Of a stretch of 64,000 nucleotides of DNA, positions 37,452-46,672 are shown one piece after another. Under the pieces are notes generated by a model, which was not told where the DNA came from, searched no databases, and was given only the letters and a program-made list of their open reading frames with translations. The position numbers and the translations under genes are program-made. Every line of letters begins with the position of its first letter. Positions within the stretch are counted from its first letter, which is position 1. The stretch comes from an uncultured Bacteroidota bacterium (GTDB lineage Bacteria; Bacteroidota; Bacteroidia; Bacteroidales; SZUA-534), in assembly GCA_946404125.1 (NCBI GenBank), contig CAMJCK010000011.1:5932-69931 (forward strand), in the 5' to 3' direction.

Positions 37452-37676
37452 ATGCGTGAATTTGAACTTCAACCAATGCCCGACGGCTCAGAGCTGTACA
37501 TCGAGCTTAATAAACTTATTAAATTACTGAGAATCAGCGAAAGCGGGGCTCAAGCCAATCAGTTTGTCGAAGACGGCATTGTCAAGCTCAACGGTCAGAC
37601 AGAGAGCCGCAAACGCGCCAAACTTCGCCACGGCGATGTGGTAGAGGTTCTTGGAAACACTATTAAAATAGTGTGA
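37452..37676 (+). CDS. S4-domain RNA-binding protein (YbcJ/YaaA-like)
   Basis: YIELNKLIK, ESGAQA, V.LNG..E.RKRAKL..GD. Confidence 0.85.
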   Translation: MREFELQPMPDGSELYIELNKLIKLLRISESGAQANQFVEDGIVKLNGQTESRKRAKLRHGDVVEVLGNTIKIV

Positions 37677-37835
37677 TTCAGCGCATTTCCGTTGTGCGCT
37701 TGCGCCATCGCGAGATTATTATTTCATTCCCGGCCGCTATCGGGGACACCGTGGTTACAAACTCCCAAAAACACGCAGAGCCGCGCCTTAGCGCAGCCCC
37801 GCAATGATTGTTTATAGTCGGTTTATGATGAAATC

Positions 37836-40394
37836 CTAGTCTTTAATTATCTCCTTAAACGCCAGTCCGAAAATCAGATAGCCTGTGTTGCCGGCGATGG
37901 TGCCTTCGTTCTGTCCCCAAAGGAACGGCCAATCGTCGTAGTTCTCAAAGTGGTCGGGTTTGCGGAACAGGATGCCGGGCGCCATATTGCCCGGAATGAA
38001 CGAGAAGTCGGCGCGGTTGTTGCCGTAGAAGACCGCCTTTGGACGGGTGGCGCCCACCACAGCAACCAACGAATAGTTGTGGTACGGATGGCAGCCAAAG
38101 AGCCAGGCGGCTGTCTTGAAGGCGTATTCCTTGCCGATGATGTCGGGGAAGTATTTGTGGGCATAGCAAACGGTGGTGCCGTACGATACCGTTTGGCCGC
38201 CGCCAGCCCAGTTGCCCAACCCGATTGGAATCCCGTAAGGGTTGACGATGTCGAGGCTGTCCAGATAAACCTTGTATTTCTCGATGTATGGACGGAGTTT
38301 CTCTTTGTAACTGTCTGGCATATAAGCAACTGCGTCTAAAGCGGTTTGAATTGCGTAGTTAACGTTGTTGTCCAATGCCCTCCAAATCTTCTTCTCAAAA
38401 TTATCCAGATACTGCTGCTCGTGAGTGGCGGCGTAGAGTTGGATGTCGGCGGCCACATCGCCAAATCCGCGGAGCGAGAGCTCGTCGTGCTCGCCGCTTG
38501 TGAAACGGTTGTTGCTGCGGCGTTTCGCGATAAGCTCCTGAGCCTCTTTAAACAGACGTTTCGACTGCGTGAGGGCGCGGTCGGCCAAGTCATCGTTGTA
38601 GCCTTTGAGCACACGGCTTGCTGCGGCGAACATTGTGGCGGCGCGGTTGTCGAGCATCGGGTTGCGTGTCGTGAACGCCCACATATCGTCCTTGGTGCCA
38701 GAGCGTTTGCCGTCGGCCGATTTGGTGTATGGCGGCAGCGACGGGTCGTAGTGCAGACCATCGGTGATTGAGGCCGCATCGCCAAGGTGGTGGTAGTTGT
38801 CGAGCACACCGTTTGAAAGTGTTGACGACATATGTCCGATGTTTTCGGCCTGAGCCACAAGGTTGAGCACGCCGTGCTCGATATATTGCAGAATGTCAGG
38901 CACACCGTCGGGACGGTGGAGGTCAACATAACGCTGTTTCTCGTCAACAAAAGTCTCGTCGCGCTCCGAGCGGAACAGCTCCCACACGCGCACAAGGTTC
39001 TGAACCACACTGATGTTGGAGCCGGTTTCGATGTCGAAGTCGCCCGCATCGAAATATCCGCCCACGTTCAGGCCCGGAATCAGCTCGTAGGGCTTGTATT
39101 TGGTGTCGGTGGTTTCGCCTTGGTGGTGAAGGTCGAAGTGGTCAGATGGCGGCGCCTGAATGTAGCCCTCTTTGAAAGGCTCGCCGTGCCAGATGCGGTA
39201 GCCCTCGTTCACGGTGATGTGGTTCATATGGATTGGAATCCAAATGTCGCTCGTGGCGTCGGTGATTTTGTCATACACGTTGTCGTTGATGATGAAATGC
39301 CCGGTTTTGGTGTCGCCGTACTCAATGCAGTAAACGCCCGGCTCTTTCACCGTCGAGAAATCGAATTTCACATAATTATATTTGAAATAGGCGCCCCAGA
39401 AATCGGTTTTGCCCTCGTAAGCTATTGTCTCGTTGGCGTTTTCGTCGATTTTCAGGATTTTTGCTGTGGGCAGAATCTTGTCGTTTTTGTCGAGTTCGAT
39501 AACTGCCGTTTTGGGCTGCGACGGGATGTAACCCACTTGCGAGAAACCGATGTTTGGCTTGCGAATCCAGCCTTCGATGGCGTTTGGTTCGATGGTCCAC
39601 TCAACCACTTTGCCAGTTTTGCCCGCCGGCAGAACGCTGCGGAGCACGAACCATCCGTTTTGCGCGAGCATACGGCCGTCGTATAGGCTGATTTCGTTCT
39701 CTTTCGACGAGACTTTTATCAGACGCTCCGGGTCGTCCGACGCCATCACGAAAGTGTGTGCGGTTTCAATCGGCAGCGGGTCAACAAACTTGCCTGTGCC
39801 GCGGTCGTCGTAAGTCCTGAACCCTTTGAACTGCTTGGGTTTCTGACTGTTGTCGCGCGTTGTGGTGGCGCTTGCGGCGTATTTCGGCAGCAGGCCCGGA
39901 CGGTTGTCGGCCAGATAAGTTTTCGACCAGTATTGCGACGGCAGAAACTCGAGGTTGAAACCGGCTTCGCCCGCAAGTACCTCAGGCACAGGCTTATCCA
40001 GATAAACCGAGATTCTCACCGCGTTGTCTTCGGCCTGCGCCACAATGCGCGAGTTGAAATCATAATCCTCGTAACGCAGCGTCACCTCAATGCTTTTCGC
40101 ATCGGTGTCCACCTTGCGCTCGATGGTTTTGGGCACAAGGTCCCACTGCTCGGGCGTGTTGTTGAGTCTCACGGCGCCGCCTTGCACGGTGCGCACTCCG
40201 TGGTGGATGATTTCGATGCCCGAGTTTTTCTCGTCGTTGAATCCTCCGTTGAAGGTGTTGCTGTAAATCAGAACGTTAACCCCCTGACGTTCAAAATATT
40301 CGCGGTCGTTGAGCACGAAACCCGCATTCTCTTTTTGAGTGTTGCAGCCAGCCACTGCCAACACCATTGCTAATGGTAATAGTGATTTTCGCAT
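37836..40394 (-). CDS. Glycoside hydrolase family 9 lipoprotein (Ig-like + (alpha/alpha)6)
   Basis: Lipobox VAGC; SQVGY.P..PK.A Ig-like domain; GGYFDAGD; C-terminal NEGTI. Confidence 0.88.
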   Translation of the reverse strand: MRKSLLPLAMVLAVAGCNTQKENAGFVLNDREYFERQGVNVLIYSNTFNGGFNDEKNSGIEIIHHGVRTVQGGAVRLNNTPEQWDLVPKTIERKVDTDAKSIEVTLRYEDYDFNSRIVAQAEDNAVRISVYLDKPVPEVLAGEAGFNLEFLPSQYWSKTYLADNRPGLLPKYAASATTTRDNSQKPKQFKGFRTYDDRGTGKFVDPLPIETAHTFVMASDDPERLIKVSSKENEISLYDGRMLAQNGWFVLRSVLPAGKTGKVVEWTIEPNAIEGWIRKPNIGFSQVGYIPSQPKTAVIELDKNDKILPTAKILKIDENANETIAYEGKTDFWGAYFKYNYVKFDFSTVKEPGVYCIEYGDTKTGHFIINDNVYDKITDATSDIWIPIHMNHITVNEGYRIWHGEPFKEGYIQAPPSDHFDLHHQGETTDTKYKPYELIPGLNVGGYFDAGDFDIETGSNISVVQNLVRVWELFRSERDETFVDEKQRYVDLHRPDGVPDILQYIEHGVLNLVAQAENIGHMSSTLSNGVLDNYHHLGDAASITDGLHYDPSLPPYTKSADGKRSGTKDDMWAFTTRNPMLDNRAATMFAAASRVLKGYNDDLADRALTQSKRLFKEAQELIAKRRSNNRFTSGEHDELSLRGFGDVAADIQLYAATHEQQYLDNFEKKIWRALDNNVNYAIQTALDAVAYMPDSYKEKLRPYIEKYKVYLDSLDIVNPYGIPIGLGNWAGGGQTVSYGTTVCYAHKYFPDIIGKEYAFKTAAWLFGCHPYHNYSLVAVVGATRPKAVFYGNNRADFSFIPGNMAPGILFRKPDHFENYDDWPFLWGQNEGTIAGNTGYLIFGLAFKEIIKD

Positions 40395-40582
40395 AACAGA
40401 ACTATTAAATATTTGGTTAAAAGTAAGATATTATTTTCACTTTCCAATGCCTGCCGCTTAGGTGCTTTTGGGGCTTAAAGCCGATATGCAGGCATTGCAA
40501 ATGTCTATTATTCAGCCGCTTTCTCGATATGGGCATTGTTGCCGATGGGAGGGTATAGGTGCCGATTTATCGCCCAAGCGCA

Positions 40583-40640
40583 CAAAACTAACGATTGCCG
40601 CAGAGTTTTTTGTGTCGATGATTTTCCGCTTTTGGTCGAT
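40583..40640 (-). promoter_or_regulatory. GH9 promoter: -7 box TAGTTTTG plus ATCGAC direct repeat with 21-bp period
   Basis: CAAAACTA at 40583-40590; GTCGAT at 40614-40619 and 40635-40640. Confidence 0.45.
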
Positions 40641-40730
40641 ATGGCAGATGTGTAAGTGTCAGATATTCAAAGTTTTGCTACAAACGGCCTCTGCATTGCA
40701 CAATACATCTCAGAGCCGGAGCATAAAAAC

Positions 40731-40765
40731 AAAAAAGCCCGACTAACTTTCGTTAATCAGGCTTC
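40731..40765 (-). terminator. Terminator downstream of tRNA-Asp
   Basis: Minus strand reads AAGCCTGATTAAC-GAAA-GTTAGTCGGGCTTTTTT. Confidence 0.75.
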
Positions 40766-40768
40766 TTG

Positions 40769-40842
40769 CGGTGCGGACGAGACTCGAACTCGCGACCCCC
40801 GGCGTGACAGGCCGATATTCTAACCGACTGAACTACCGCACC
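40769..40842 (-). tRNA. tRNA-Asp (GTC), CCA not encoded
   Basis: Reverse complement GGTGCGGTAGTTCAGTCGGTTAGAATATCGGCCTGTCACGCCGGGGGTCGCGAGTTCGAGTCTCGTCCGCACCG folds as a cloverleaf with anticodon GTC. Confidence 0.95.
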
Positions 40843-41091
40843 ATTTGTCAGAACTATGTTGCTGTTTCATTTCCGAAAAGCGATGCAAAAGTAGCGCCTT
40901 TTTTCATATTCGCAATAGCCGTGGACGCAAAAATCAAAAAATATTTTTCCGACCGGCGTAACCCATTATTATTCAATTTTGTTGGTTTTGCTTTTTGGCT
41001 CAAAATCGGGTTTAAAATGCTGCCGGCAGTTGCCGATTCCCGCAAAAAATGTATTTTCACGGCATATTTTTATCACGTAAAACTCAAAATT

Positions 41092-41658
41092 ATGGAAAAG
41101 AGAATAGGTTTTGGCCCGCGTTTGGGCGCTTATGTTATCGACATTGTATTTGTCTGGATTCTATCGCTGATACTCAGCCGTGTGTCAACATCGTGGATGG
41201 CCGTTTTGGCTCAGCAGCAAGTTGATGGGTTGGTTTCGTCGAATCCGTTTTTCGCGCAGATATATACGCCCGAAATGCTCAGTATGGTTGTTGCAACCAC
41301 TCGTATCTCGCTGATATGCATCTTTGCGGAACTGATTTATTTCTCGACAGAGATTTTCCTTGGCGCATCGGTGGGCAAGATGCTTTTGGGGCTCAAAATT
41401 GCCAATGCCGATGGCGGCAATGCTTCGGTTGGGGCGCTCATAGGACGTTATCTGCTGAAACACGTTAAGAGAGTTTGCACAGTGTTGGCGTTCCTTGTCT
41501 TGGCAGGAATGTTCAATTTCATTGGCTCTCTTTTCGGTTTCGTCATTTTCATCGGCTGCTTCTTTGCCGCTGGTGACCGCCATCAGGCTCTGCACGATAT
41601 GCTGTGCCATACAGTTGTGGTGCGGAAGGGAGAGAATGTAGAGAATGTAGAGGGGTAG
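41092..41658 (+). CDS. RDD family membrane protein
   Basis: GFGPRLGAYVID, SVGKMLLGLKI, QALHDML..T.VV; real start is ATG 41092. Confidence 0.88.
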   Translation: MEKRIGFGPRLGAYVIDIVFVWILSLILSRVSTSWMAVLAQQQVDGLVSSNPFFAQIYTPEMLSMVVATTRISLICIFAELIYFSTEIFLGASVGKMLLGLKIANADGGNASVGALIGRYLLKHVKRVCTVLAFLVLAGMFNFIGSLFGFVIFIGCFFAAGDRHQALHDMLCHTVVVRKGENVENVEG

Positions 41659-41705
41659 AATTCTTGATAGTCATATTGAAATTTGCAAATTGATTATTAT
41701 TAATT

Positions 41706-42536
41706 ATGAATCAAGAACTTTTTAAAACAGATGAGATTGCGTCAGCTATTACTCGAATTATTGATGAATCTCAAAAATATTGCTTCATCGTAACACCTTA
41801 CTATAATGTTTGGGACCAATTGGCTAAGTCGTTAGCGAAGGCAGCACAGCAACAGAAAAAGTTGGTTTTCTTTATTCGGTATGAAGTCGATTATGTTGAA
41901 GGCGGAATTAATTATAAGCGCATTAAAGTACTTATTGATTATGGGTTCGATGTCGTTTATGTGAAAAATCTTCACGCCAAGCTCTATATGAACGAGAAGG
42001 AAATTCTTGTTACCTCATTAAATATGTACGATAAATCAGTACGAGCTAATTTTGAGTTGGGAATCAATATTAGAGGGAGAAGCGAGTATTTCAAGAAAAA
42101 CTTTATTGAAAATGAATTGCTTGGCGCGAAGGAATACTATGGTCAAAATGGACTGGAAGAATGCTATAGAATTGTTGAAGGACGCTATTTTGCAGAAAAA
42201 AGAGAAAGAGAAGAGGAGGAGAAAAAGAAAGAAGAAGAAAGATTGCAAGCGGAAATGAAAAGGAAAGAAGAACGGGCTCAATTGTTGTCGGAACGTAATT
42301 CTGAACTTGAAAATAATGAAAACAAGGGATTTTGCATTAGATGTGGAACTGTAATTCCTCTAGATTCCACAAGACCTTTTTGCTTGGATTGCTATAAAAA
42401 GTGGGCATCGTGGGGAAATTACGATTGGCAGGAAAAATACTGCCACGTATGTGGAAAAGAATTTAATAACATTTCAATGAGAAAACCGTGTTGTAGCCAA
42501 CATTTGAAAAGTCAAAATAAGCCATCATATTTTTAG
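41706..42536 (+). CDS. Phospholipase D-like (single HKD-variant) nuclease domain + coiled coil + C-terminal Cys-rich zinc finger
   Basis: IVTPY, LHAKLYMNE, TSLNM..S...N.ELG; CIRC, CLDC, CHVC, CCSQH; AT-rich. Confidence 0.78.
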   Translation: MNQELFKTDEIASAITRIIDESQKYCFIVTPYYNVWDQLAKSLAKAAQQQKKLVFFIRYEVDYVEGGINYKRIKVLIDYGFDVVYVKNLHAKLYMNEKEILVTSLNMYDKSVRANFELGINIRGRSEYFKKNFIENELLGAKEYYGQNGLEECYRIVEGRYFAEKREREEEEKKKEEERLQAEMKRKEERAQLLSERNSELENNENKGFCIRCGTVIPLDSTRPFCLDCYKKWASWGNYDWQEKYCHVCGKEFNNISMRKPCCSQHLKSQNKPSYF

Positions 42537-42564
42537 TGGAACTGCTTAGTTTATGTCATAATAA

Positions 42565-42825
42565 TCCCTCATTGAGGAAGAAAATCTTTAAGAAAGTCCC
42601 TCATTGAGGGATTTTTACGACAAAGCCCCGTTTAGAAAAGCCGAATGGGGCTTTTTGTCGCATCACAAAAAAAGCAACCATAAGGTTGCTTATAATTCTG
42701 TTTCCGATTGTTATCGTATTCCGTGCGTTCCGGAGTTAAAAACGTAGTGTAAATCTGTGTAGTCTTGTGTCATCTGTGCGATAATAATCTGCGTGAATCC
42801 GTTAAATCAGTTCAATCTGCGTTCA
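42565..42825. repeat. Intergenic cluster of palindromes and 9-mer-period ATCTGTGT-type repeats
   Basis: TCCCTCATTGAGG x2 (42565, 42597); AAAGCCCC...GGGGCTTT; AAGCAACC-ATAA-GGTTGCTT; TGTGTCATCTGTGCGAT at 42766-42782. Confidence 0.6.
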
Positions 42826-42829
42826 AAGT

Positions 42830-43240
42830 TTAACTCAAAATTGTTCCGAAAATATTCCTTCGTCCGCCGTAGTTGCGGAACTCGCACAAATAAATTCCCT
42901 GCCACGTGCCCAAGTTCAGTTTGTGGTTGGTGATGGGAATTGTCACCGACGGCCCAATCATTGATGCCTTGATGTGGGCGGGCATATCGTCGGCGCCTTC
43001 GGTGTCGTGCGTGTAGTTGGGGTCGCGTTCGGGAATGAGTTTGTCGAACACGTACTCAAAGTCGGCGCGGACGGCAGGGTCGGCGTTCTCGTTTATCGAC
43101 AGCGCGGCCGATGTGTGCTGAATCATTAGGTGCAGCAAGCCGCTCTCAGGCAGTTCGGGCAGGCTCTTGATGATGGTGCCCGTTATCAGGTGATATCCCC
43201 TTTGATAGTTGGGAAGAGTGATTTGAAATTGCGATACCAT
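42830..43240 (-). CDS. yjbQ: Secondary thiamine-phosphate synthase enzyme YjbQ (UPF0047)
   Basis: QHTSAALSINENADP, EGADDMPAHIK, LGTWQGIYLCEFR. Confidence 0.92.
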   Translation of the reverse strand: MVSQFQITLPNYQRGYHLITGTIIKSLPELPESGLLHLMIQHTSAALSINENADPAVRADFEYVFDKLIPERDPNYTHDTEGADDMPAHIKASMIGPSVTIPITNHKLNLGTWQGIYLCEFRNYGGRRNIFGTILS

Positions 43241-43441
43241 AGTTGATACTCTTTTAGTTACCTATAATTGTTTTTCTCAATAACTCGTTTCTAAATATAG
43301 CACGAAGTTGATTAAAAAACCGAAGCCGCTGAAAAATTTTTTTGAGTTGCGGGTAATCTTCCGCCAATAATAATCCCGCAATGGTCAGCGTTTGTGTTTT
43401 TGCGTTTGTGTTTTTATATTTTTGCGGCAAAATCACCGTTT

Positions 43442-45880
43442 GTGAGAAATTTTCTATTGGCGATATTGATATTGGCGGCAGGCGCGGTTTCTGCGCAGAC
43501 CTGCATTTTCGGACGCGTCACCAATCAGTCGGGCGAGCCGCTTGAGTTCGTCAATGTGGTGCTGAAGGACAATGTGGCAGGCACCGTCACCAATCAGAAC
43601 GGCGAGTACCGCCTGAATATCGCTTCGGGCAAATCGGTTTACGTATCGTTCTCGATGATTGGCTATCAGACGCGCTGGGAACAGGTGATGCTTGCCGACG
43701 GGCAGCAGCGGCGGCTCGATGTCGATTTGGTGGCAACGTCGCAAGAACTTGAGCAGGTGACAGTTGAAGACGTGCAGGTGCGCAAGAGCACGCTTACGCG
43801 ATTGAATCCCAAGGTGATGGGCGTGCTGCCCGACGCTTCGGGAAGCATTGAGAGCTTGATTAAGACGATGCCTGGCGTGGCCGCCAACAACGAGTTGAGT
43901 TCGCAGTATTCGGTGCGCGGCGGCAGTTTCGACGAGAACCTTGTGTATGTCAATGGAATAGAAGTCTATCGGCCGTTTCTGGTGCGCTCGGGCGAGCAGG
44001 AAGGCTTGAGTTTCGTCAACAGCGATATGGTGTCGTCGCTGCTCTTTTCGGCAGGCGGTTTCGATGCCAAATACGGCGACAAGATGTCATCAGTTCTCGA
44101 CATTAAATATAAGCGTCCCGCAGGGTGGGGCGGAACGGCTTCGGGAAGCCTTTTCGGCGGCTCGGTGATGCTTCACGGCGACAGTTTCAACCACCGTTTC
44201 CATCACATTTCGGGCATCCGCTACAAGCGCAACAAATACCTGCTCAACTCGCTTGAGACATCGGGCGACTACGACCCGCGATTCGTTGATTTTCAGACAT
44301 ATCTGTCGTTCGATCTGACCGACCGCATTGAGTTGGGATTTATGGGCAACTGCTCGAGCAACGTCTATAATTTTCTGCCGCGCAACCGCCGCACCAAATT
44401 CGGCCTTTTCAATCAGCCGATGGAATTGCGGATGTTCTTCGAAGGTGCTGAAAAAGACGCATTTAACACCTATACAGGCGCCCTTTCGGCCGATTTCAAA
44501 GTCAACGACGGCTTCAGCCTGAAACTCACGGCGTCGGCATTCAGCACGCACGAGAGCGAAACCTACGACATTTTGAGCGAATACTTTATAAATGAGATAG
44601 ATAACGCCGTGGGCGCAAGTTCCTACGGCGACAGCGTGAGCACCGTGGGCATTGGCGCGTTCCGCAATCACGGACGTAACTATCTCGATGCCAAAGTGTT
44701 AAGCGTTGAGCACAAAGGCTTGTTCAGCAGCGGCAACCACTTCCTGAATTGGGGCTTATCGGTTCAGCGTCAGCAGATTGACGACAACCTTTCGGAATGG
44801 ACAATGATTGATTCGGCAGGCTACTCGATGCCGCACCGTCCCGACAAGGTGAATATGAGTTACAGTCTGCGCGCCAATAACAGCGTCAAATCCAATAGGT
44901 TACAGGCTTATGTGCAGGATGTTTATCAGTTTATGTTCGACTCGTCGGAAATGCACCTGACCGTGGGGCTGCGCGCCAACTATTGGACGTTCAACGACGA
45001 ACTGCTCGTTTCGCCCCGCGTGAGTCTGTCGTACAAACCCAATTGGCAGCGCGACATTGTGTTCAAACTTTCGGGCGGATATTACTATCAATCACCATTT
45101 TACAAAGAGATGCGAATGACCGACGGGCAGATAAACAGCGACATTCGTGCGCAGAAATCGCTGCATTTTGTGGCTGGCGCCGATTGGAATTTCACTGCCT
45201 GGAACCGTCCGTTCAAGTTTATTACCGAACTGTATTACAAAAAGTTGACCGACCTTATATCGTACCAAATCGACAACCTGCGCACCATTTACTCGGGCCG
45301 CAACGATGCCGATGGCTACGCGATGGGGCTCGATATGAAAATCAATGGCGAGTTTGTGAAGGGCGTCGATTCGTGGTTCAGCTTGTCGCTGATGCAGACC
45401 GAAGAAGACATTCGCAACGACGTGTGGGTTAAAACCGATGCCGACGGCAACGAGTGCACAACCCACCCTGGCTACATTCCGCGCCCCACCGACCAACGGC
45501 TGAATATCAGTATGTTCTTTCAGGATTATTTCCCTGGCAACCCCGACTACAAGGTACACCTGCAAATCAACTACGGCTCGCGGCTGCCGTTTGGGCCGCC
45601 ACAGTCGCCACGTTATATGGCCACAGGCCGTATGTCGTCATACCAGCGAGTTGATTTGGGCTTCTCGAAAAGCCTGAAAAATAGCGAGCGTACCTACTCA
45701 AAGAGCCATCCGTTCTATTACGTGAAGGAAGCGTGGATTTGCGCAGAGGTGCTCAACGTTATCGACCGCCGCAACGTGGCTTCGTTCGAGTGGGTGACCG
45801 ATTTCGCCAACCGCCAGTATGCCGTAGAGAACTCGCTCACAGGCCGACGGTTCAATGTGAAGTTGAATGTGAATTTCTAG
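43442..45880 (+). CDS. TonB-dependent receptor with N-terminal CarboxypepD_reg-like domain
   Basis: GTG start with signal peptide; GTVTNQNGEY, SVRGGSFDENLVYVNG plug motif; C-terminal LNVNF. Confidence 0.9.
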   Translation: MRNFLLAILILAAGAVSAQTCIFGRVTNQSGEPLEFVNVVLKDNVAGTVTNQNGEYRLNIASGKSVYVSFSMIGYQTRWEQVMLADGQQRRLDVDLVATSQELEQVTVEDVQVRKSTLTRLNPKVMGVLPDASGSIESLIKTMPGVAANNELSSQYSVRGGSFDENLVYVNGIEVYRPFLVRSGEQEGLSFVNSDMVSSLLFSAGGFDAKYGDKMSSVLDIKYKRPAGWGGTASGSLFGGSVMLHGDSFNHRFHHISGIRYKRNKYLLNSLETSGDYDPRFVDFQTYLSFDLTDRIELGFMGNCSSNVYNFLPRNRRTKFGLFNQPMELRMFFEGAEKDAFNTYTGALSADFKVNDGFSLKLTASAFSTHESETYDILSEYFINEIDNAVGASSYGDSVSTVGIGAFRNHGRNYLDAKVLSVEHKGLFSSGNHFLNWGLSVQRQQIDDNLSEWTMIDSAGYSMPHRPDKVNMSYSLRANNSVKSNRLQAYVQDVYQFMFDSSEMHLTVGLRANYWTFNDELLVSPRVSLSYKPNWQRDIVFKLSGGYYYQSPFYKEMRMTDGQINSDIRAQKSLHFVAGADWNFTAWNRPFKFITELYYKKLTDLISYQIDNLRTIYSGRNDADGYAMGLDMKINGEFVKGVDSWFSLSLMQTEEDIRNDVWVKTDADGNECTTHPGYIPRPTDQRLNISMFFQDYFPGNPDYKVHLQINYGSRLPFGPPQSPRYMATGRMSSYQRVDLGFSKSLKNSERTYSKSHPFYYVKEAWICAEVLNVIDRRNVASFEWVTDFANRQYAVENSLTGRRFNVKLNVNF

Positions 45881-46105
45881 GTCGAAAACGCTTTGCGCAG
45901 ACGCTGTCGTTTGTATAGGCGATTGAGCGAAGATTCAACTTGTCGGAATATCCGACAGTTTCGCAAGGGAGGTAGAAGTTAGCGAGAGTTACTTGGTGAA
46001 GAATAGTGCAAGAGAAAAAGTAATGAGGATGACTGCTTAAGTTTGATGAATGGCTCGATTATGTTTTCATTCCGAATAAATTGACTGTATGCAGCATTTT
46101 CTTTC

Positions 46106-46113
46106 TATATTTG
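46106..46113 (+). promoter_or_regulatory. -7 promoter box TATATTTG about 240 nt upstream of the XRE gene
   Basis: TAnnTTTG consensus in AT-rich context. Confidence 0.5.
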
Positions 46114-46202
46114 CTCAAAAGAACAATGTTTAATGTAAATGATTCAAATAGGGAATAGATAATTTAAATTACTAACATATAGAACTTTACGTTCTCGTTC
46201 CG

Positions 46203-46354
46203 CTTATCGCATAACCCCAAATAAAATTGTATCGGAATGAGTGGCGAGTGGTTCACGCTTTAGTGCGTGAACCGTTTCGTGCTTATTAGATACAATGGTA
46301 GGGGTACCGCGATAAGATGATAAGCACACAAACGAAACGGTTTACGCTTTTTTT
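46203..46354 (+). ncRNA. Candidate structured cis-regulatory leader with two mutually exclusive folds
   Basis: A rod (46203-46316) competes with a 16-bp stem (46265-46280/46332-46347) that is followed by T7 and then ATG. Confidence 0.5.
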
Positions 46355-46621
46355 ATGGATAACGGCACCACCATACATATTGGCAGGATTATTGAATCGG
46401 TTATGAAAAGCCAAGGCCGTAGCCCGTCTTGGCTTGCAGCGCAAATATGTTGCAACCGCGACAATATTTATAAAATCTTCCGCCGCCAACACATTGATTC
46501 CGAATTGCTTTTGAAAATCTCGGTTGCACTAGATGTCGATTTCTTCCAACACTACGTTGCCGCTCTTCGGACAAAAAAGATACAAAACGTATTGCAAACA
46601 GATACGCTTGCACAATTATAG
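46355..46621 (+). CDS. XRE/Cro-like helix-turn-helix transcriptional regulator (Bacteroidales type)
   Basis: IHIG..I..V....GRS.SWLA..I.C.R.NIYKIF.R..ID.ELL.KIS.AL..DFF pattern. Confidence 0.85.
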   Translation: MDNGTTIHIGRIIESVMKSQGRSPSWLAAQICCNRDNIYKIFRRQHIDSELLLKISVALDVDFFQHYVAALRTKKIQNVLQTDTLAQL

Positions 46622-46672
46622 ATACCATTTGCAATACCAACTTTGTATTGGTTGAAATTAAAAGTGAGTATT

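Noticed and set aside
40771-41091. N-terminal extension of the RDD ORF in the supplied track
   Set aside because: It overlaps tRNA-Asp on the opposite strand; the RDD domain starts at ATG 41092.
40769-42536. tRNA-Asp as integration site for the PLD gene
   Set aside because: The tRNA 3' end points away from the PLD gene, I found no duplicated tRNA 3' fragment, and there is no integrase.
46203-46354. Retron msr/msd ncRNA interpretation of the long inverted repeats
   Set aside because: No reverse transcriptase gene is nearby; kept only as a candidate cis-regulatory leader.
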